NCBI GenBank assembly: GCA_041736805.1
Contig: JBGSSW010000008.1
Location: 68,897-127,298 of the forward strand
DNA: 58,402 bases
Source: Minisyncoccia bacterium
GTDB taxonomy: Bacteria; Patescibacteriota; Minisyncoccia; Phycocordibacterales; UBA918
Direction of reading: 5' to 3'
Of the stretch, positions 53,596 to 58,402 are shown in pieces (the stretch's first letter is position 1; every line of letters begins with the position of its first letter). The position numbers and the translations under genes were made by a program. Below the pieces are notes generated by a model. That model had not been told where the DNA came from, searched no databases, and worked only from the letters and a program-made list of their open reading frames with translations.

Positions 53596-56500
53596 ATGTC
53601 AGAAAAAATTCTAGGAAATGCACAATTCGATGAAGCCCGACAGTCACAACTTCCGATGGTGGAGTTGTTGGTGAATATGGGGTACACGTACATCTCTGCC
53701 AGTGAGGTGACTCGCCAGCGTGGGGGAGAAGCTGGAAACTTCATCCTCAAAGAAATAGCATCAGAGGCACTGATGCGTATAAATGGGTATGAATATAAAG
53801 GTGAGGTGGTTAAATTCAGTGAGAAGGACGTGTGGGACTCTGTGAATGAGCTAGAGAACATTCCGTTTGAAGGTCTTATTGATACGTCACGACATGTATA
53901 CAACACCATCATGCCAACATCTGGTGGGCGAACCATCAAAGTGACACATGACGGTAAGACACATTCGAAGGACTTTCGATTTATAGACTTTAAGAATCCA
54001 GAAGATAACTCTTATCACGTGACGGTTGAGTATGTTGCAACTGGAAAGGAAACAATCCGTCCAGACATTGTCTGCTTTGTGAACGGTATTCCTTTTGTAG
54101 TGATTGAAAATAAGAAGTCAGGTACTCCTGTTGAAAAAGCGATTGAGCAGATGATACGTAATCAAGGCATAGAAAAATGTCCTCGTTTCTTCACATTTCC
54201 TCAGTTGCTCGTTGGAACAAATAACAAAGTTTTTCGTTACGGTACGACTGGCACACCAGAAAAGTTTTATGTGACATGGAAAGAGAAAGAAATGTCTCCA
54301 GAGCAGGTAGAGCAAAAAGTACAAGAGCTTATCGCAAAGCCAATAGATGCCGAAGTGTACAAGCAACTTCTAGGTGACCTAAATGGTGCAACCTACGGAC
54401 ATAAGCAAGTTACTAAACGACTCACCACTGAGCAGGATATGGGAGTAGTAACGATGTTTGTACCGTCTCGTCTTCTCGACCTCACAAAAAACTATGTAAT
54501 TTATGATGCTGGCATAAAGAAAATAATGCGTTACCAGCAGTTTTTTGCTATTCACAAAATGCTGGAACGAGTGGAGGAGATAGTCGATGCGCCAAACGGT
54601 CAACGTCGAGAGGGAGGACTAGTGTGGCATACACAAGGATCTGGTAAGTCGCTCACAATGGTGATGTTCATTAAGGCACTTATTGAAGACCCTAATATCA
54701 CTAATCCACGAGTCATTATCGTGACCGACCGTAAAGACTTGGATAAGCAAATTGCTAAGACGTTTAAGGATTGTGGTTTGAAGAAAGGTGTTACTCAGGC
54801 TCGAAGCGGCCAACACTTACTCGATTTGGTAGAAAGTAAAAACCTCGATGTAGTTACTACATTGGTGCATAAGTTCGTGTCTGCTAGTAAAAAGAAAGTA
54901 GGTTTTGTCGATGATGATAAAGATATTTTCGTATTGGTTGATGAGGCACATCGCACTCAGAGTGGTGATGCGAACCTAGAAATGAACCGCATCTTACCGA
55001 ACGCTTGCTACATTGGTTTTACTGGTACACCACTCCTTAGTAAGGACAAAGAGAGCTGGAGAAAGTTTGGTGGATACATTGATAAATACACAATCGATGA
55101 TGCCTTGAATGATGGAGTGGTATTGCCACTTATCTATGAAGGTCGGTATGTCGACATGGTCGAGAACAAGAAGCAACTTGATAAGCGTTGGGAAGCCCTG
55201 ATTGAAGATTTACCGCCAGAACGTCAACGAGAATTGCAAAAGCTTGTTAAGACACAAATCATCAAGGATAACCCAGCACGAATTACTGACATTACTGAGG
55301 ATATCGAAAAGCATTACGTTGAGAATTTTCAGGGAACTGGACTTAAAGCTCAGATAGTTGCTCCGTCAAAGTATTCTGCTGTGATGATGCAAAAACTCTT
55401 TAAGGAGAGTAGTAAGGTTGAGACTCGACTTGTTGTCTCTGATGAGAATGGAATCATTAACGAGGATGACGAACACAGAAAGGAAGTAGTGGACTATCTC
55501 AACAGTATAAAAGCTAACTATGCCAGTCTTGAGTCATACGAAAAAGATGCAATTGATAGTTTCAAGTATAACGATGACGGAGTAGAAATAATTATCGTCG
55601 TCGATAAGCTTTTGACTGGCTTTGATGCCCCACGTAACACCGTGCTGTATCTGGCGAAAGACCTTAAAGACCATAACCTCTTGCAAGCGATAGCTCGTGT
55701 TAACCGTCTGTATGAAAATAAGACTAATCCGACTAAGCAGAAGACGATGGGGTACATTGTCGACTATTCAGAGAACGCAAAGAACCTTGATACTGCCATG
55801 AAGCTCTTTGGTAGTTTTGACGACGAAGATGTTGAGGGTACGTTAATTAACGTTAATGAGAAAATTGATGAACTGGAAGCCAGCTATTCAGCCGTCCACG
55901 ATTTCTTTAATGATGTAAAAGAAAAAGATGATGATGAAGCTTATCTTCGTTTTCTTACTGGTGAGTCTGATGAAGACGGAGAACAGAAACGAAAAATATT
56001 CTACGAACGACTCAATCAGTTCTTGCGAAATCTTGACGAGTGTATGGTGCTACAAGACTTTGTACATGAGTTTAAGCATATTGATTTGTACAGACGTGAA
56101 GTGAAGAAATTACTCGAACTACGAAAGACAGCAGCTAATCGTTTTGCTGAGGAATTTGATATTGGATACTACAAGCGTTCACTCATTAAGATTCTTGACC
56201 GTTACGTTGATGCTCAAGGCGTTGAGCTTTTGACTAAGCAAATCAATATCACTGATACTAAAGCACTGGAAGAAGCTGTTGAATCAATGGGTTCTACGGT
56301 GTCAAAAGCGGAAGCTATTGCGGCTCAGACGAAGAAGACTATTGCTGACCGTATGGTAACTGACCCTGAGTTTTACATTCGTTTCTCTGACAAAGTGAGT
56401 GAGATTCTTAAGAAGATGCGAGAAGGTAAGCTACAAGATGTTCAAGCATTAAAGCAACTCAAAGAAGCTAATGAAGCGGTGCTAAACAAAAAAGATGATT

Positions 56501-56817
56501 CAATTCCTGAGGCGGTAACTGCTGTAAAAGGAGCTGATGTGTTCTATCGAAATTTCTCACCAGTGTTTAGAACTTCAGGCCTAAATGACGAACAACAAAT
56601 TATAATCACGCTGGCGGTATTTGAATTGTTGAAGCACGAAGCAATTGTTGACTGGCATAGAAACGCGGAAGTGAAGCGAGTGATGCGTAACAAAATTGAC
56701 GATTATCTCTACGATGTCGTTAAAGGGGAAATGGGTGCCGAAATAAGCAGTGAACAAATTCAAACTACTGTCGACCAAATCATTAACTTGGCAGATGTAA
56801 ATCATGAACTCTTCTAA
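53596..56817 (+). CDS. hsdR: Type I R-M restriction subunit R
   Basis: RPDIVCFVNGIPFVVIENK, WHTQGSGKS, DEAHR, FTGTP, LLTGFDAP, QAIARVNR. Confidence 0.97.
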   Translation: MSEKILGNAQFDEARQSQLPMVELLVNMGYTYISASEVTRQRGGEAGNFILKEIASEALMRINGYEYKGEVVKFSEKDVWDSVNELENIPFEGLIDTSRHVYNTIMPTSGGRTIKVTHDGKTHSKDFRFIDFKNPEDNSYHVTVEYVATGKETIRPDIVCFVNGIPFVVIENKKSGTPVEKAIEQMIRNQGIEKCPRFFTFPQLLVGTNNKVFRYGTTGTPEKFYVTWKEKEMSPEQVEQKVQELIAKPIDAEVYKQLLGDLNGATYGHKQVTKRLTTEQDMGVVTMFVPSRLLDLTKNYVIYDAGIKKIMRYQQFFAIHKMLERVEEIVDAPNGQRREGGLVWHTQGSGKSLTMVMFIKALIEDPNITNPRVIIVTDRKDLDKQIAKTFKDCGLKKGVTQARSGQHLLDLVESKNLDVVTTLVHKFVSASKKKVGFVDDDKDIFVLVDEAHRTQSGDANLEMNRILPNACYIGFTGTPLLSKDKESWRKFGGYIDKYTIDDALNDGVVLPLIYEGRYVDMVENKKQLDKRWEALIEDLPPERQRELQKLVKTQIIKDNPARITDITEDIEKHYVENFQGTGLKAQIVAPSKYSAVMMQKLFKESSKVETRLVVSDENGIINEDDEHRKEVVDYLNSIKANYASLESYEKDAIDSFKYNDDGVEIIIVVDKLLTGFDAPRNTVLYLAKDLKDHNLLQAIARVNRLYENKTNPTKQKTMGYIVDYSENAKNLDTAMKLFGSFDDEDVEGTLINVNEKIDELEASYSAVHDFFNDVKEKDDDEAYLRFLTGESDEDGEQKRKIFYERLNQFLRNLDECMVLQDFVHEFKHIDLYRREVKKLLELRKTAANRFAEEFDIGYYKRSLIKILDRYVDAQGVELLTKQINITDTKALEEAVESMGSTVSKAEAIAAQTKKTIADRMVTDPEFYIRFSDKVSEILKKMREGKLQDVQALKQLKEANEAVLNKKDDSIPEAVTAVKGADVFYRNFSPVFRTSGLNDEQQIIITLAVFELLKHEAIVDWHRNAEVKRVMRNKIDDYLYDVVKGEMGAEISSEQIQTTVDQIINLADVNHELF

Positions 56818-57523
56818 AACTGAGGAGAAAGTTTTCAGTTACGGAAATTTGTCATACGTCTACAACTTGGTTGAGCAACCAAGAAAGACGTTCGGTTTGA
56901 CTGTGTTTCCAGACATGCAGATTATGCTTAAGGTTCCTCAAGGAGCAAAGCAAAATCAAATTGATACATTTCTAAAAAAGAAGTGGCGTTGGCTTGATGC
57001 TCAGTTAGCATTTTTCTCCAAGTTCAATCAGAAACGATACGCAAAAGAATATATTTCTGGTGAGAGTTTTCTGTACCTTGGTCGTCAGTATCAACTTAAA
57101 GTAAAGCGTGCAAACGCTGACAAAGTACGCTTACTCAAGGGAAAGCTCGAAGTGTATTCTTCTGCTGATTCGTATGATGGTGAATACACCAAGAAGCTAC
57201 TTAATGGTTGGTACAAAGAAAAGCGGGATGTGATTTTCAATGAACGTTACCAATTGATGCTCAAAGGTTTTGATTTGCCAGTAGCTCCAGAGTTACATGT
57301 ACGACAGATGCCGAGAAGGTGGGGAAGCTTTGTCTCGAAGAAAAAAATCATCCTCAATCCGATTTTGATTCAAGCGCCGAAGGATTGTATCGACTACGTG
57401 ATTGTCCATGAGCTGTGCCATATGTACCACCAGAATCACGGTAAACAGTTTTGGACTTTGCTGGATAAGAAGTATCCAAATTGGGAAAAAGTGAAAGAGA
57501 AATTAGAGATACGACTAGGTTAA
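56804..57523 (+). CDS. YgjP/SprT-like (M48, DUF45) zinc metalloprotein
   Basis: GESFLYLG, RWGS, YVIVHELCH..NHGKQFW; usual partner downstream of hsdR. Confidence 0.92.
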   Translation: MNSSKTEEKVFSYGNLSYVYNLVEQPRKTFGLTVFPDMQIMLKVPQGAKQNQIDTFLKKKWRWLDAQLAFFSKFNQKRYAKEYISGESFLYLGRQYQLKVKRANADKVRLLKGKLEVYSSADSYDGEYTKKLLNGWYKEKRDVIFNERYQLMLKGFDLPVAPELHVRQMPRRWGSFVSKKKIILNPILIQAPKDCIDYVIVHELCHMYHQNHGKQFWTLLDKKYPNWEKVKEKLEIRLG

Positions 57524-57575
57524 TTTTACTTTCTCTGTTGCAAGTATTACTATGTAGGAACAACTGAATATAAAT

Positions 57576-57724
57576 GACCTAACCCCATGTCGCAAGATAT
57601 GGGTATGGTCGAAAATCGTGAACAACAGAAAACCCGTTATCAGGGCGTTGTTCACGTTACATAGGGAAACTTATGTAGGGGCTTCGGCTCTCCTGGTAGC
57701 GGGCTTTGTGTACCTGCTCTCCAG
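57576..57724 (+). ncRNA. Candidate multi-hairpin structured RNA (ncRNA or 5' leader)
   Basis: Five consecutive stems, three with GCAA, GAAA and UUCG tetraloops. Confidence 0.5.
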
Positions 57725-57746
57725 ATTACTAGGCTAATCATTTTTT

Positions 57747-58247
57747 ATGGAGCAAGGTAACGAGAATGTGAATGGGAAGCCGAAGCATGTATCAGGACTT
57801 GTTACTGTCGTGTCTTTGGTTGGCGTAGTGCTATTTGTTATTTTTATATTTAATGTGAGTGAGCAAGATGCGGGTCTGTCGCCAGTTACCCCAAATGGAG
57901 ATTTAAAATCGAGATGCTTACCCGTACCAGCTGTAATTGCTCAAAGACTCAATGATGGTTTGAATATTAATGGAGGTGGTTCAATTAGAAATCTTCAGGC
58001 TGTGAAGTCGAGTGATTTTGGAAGTATGTATTTTATTAGCGGAGACTTACAAGGGTCTGGTCTTGAAAGGGAGGGAGATATTGCGACCTTCGCTACAAAT
58101 AAAATGGATGAAACAGGACTTACTCTTTCGGTTGATTCGGTTGCAAATGAGTTTTCAGATTGGCCTGATGTGTCTACTACAAATCTTGATGTATCAATGG
58201 GAGACGATGGATACAATGAGTCACGAGAGTGCGTAACTGGTTCGTAA
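57747..58247 (+). CDS. Membrane-anchored exported hypothetical protein
   Basis: One N-terminal TM; two Cys; AVKSSDFGSMYFISGDLQG. Confidence 0.7.
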   Translation: MEQGNENVNGKPKHVSGLVTVVSLVGVVLFVIFIFNVSEQDAGLSPVTPNGDLKSRCLPVPAVIAQRLNDGLNINGGGSIRNLQAVKSSDFGSMYFISGDLQGSGLEREGDIATFATNKMDETGLTLSVDSVANEFSDWPDVSTTNLDVSMGDDGYNESRECVTGS

Positions 58248-58402
58248 ATTGCCACTGCCAAAATGGTTATCCACAGGCATGGATTAAGACATGCCAGCAT
58301 TTTTTTGTAAATTAACCTTATTTTAAGCCACCGCAATCTACTATGTTCGGGTAGGTATTTCTATATCGAATATATAAATACCTACCCTAATATGTAATAT
58401 TG

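Larger units (their letters stand above)
45278..57523. mobile_element. Putative integrated defence island (boundaries approximate)
   Basis: Serine integrase adjacent to type I R-M, Shedu and orphan genes; att sites not identified. Confidence 0.55.

Noticed and set aside
58267-58275. Perfect DnaA box TTATCCACA and nearby hairpin 58349-58387
   Set aside because: A single box with no cluster or dnaA in view is insufficient to call oriC

Overview
58.4-kb window from a Patescibacteria/CPR-like bacterium, probably Parcubacteria (standard genetic code, no rpmD, CPR-style ribosomal-protein extensions, mostly Shine-Dalgarno-less genes; taxonomy inferred). In order: (1) an AT-rich, edge-truncated enzyme cluster (SagB/ThcOx-type dehydrogenase, PRTase-PQQ-propeller fusion, AMMECR1 + helical-toroid protein); (2) large secreted Ig/CARDB proteins flanking a high-GC lipoprotein cassette; (3) the S10-spc ribosomal cluster (rplC..secY), split into three separately promoted blocks with long structured leaders by two insertions (DinJ-YafQ TA, ECF sigma module, orphan genes); (4) cmk, two adk-like genes, map, ndk, a likely 6S RNA, a beta-CASP nuclease and infC-rpmI-rplT; (5) mixed accessory genes (SET domain, two-component pair, PAP2, YceI, SGNH, HxlR); (6) a defence island with a large serine recombinase, a UDG-like gene and a type I R-M operon with a nested Shedu (DUF4263) nuclease and an M48 peptidase, followed by a multi-hairpin RNA candidate. 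Window-wide signals: sigma70-like promoters mostly with 16-bp spacers, many leaderless genes, a separate class of self-contained SD-led orphan cassettes, and terminators with unusually long perfect arms. All family calls are motif recognition by eye; no searches were run.
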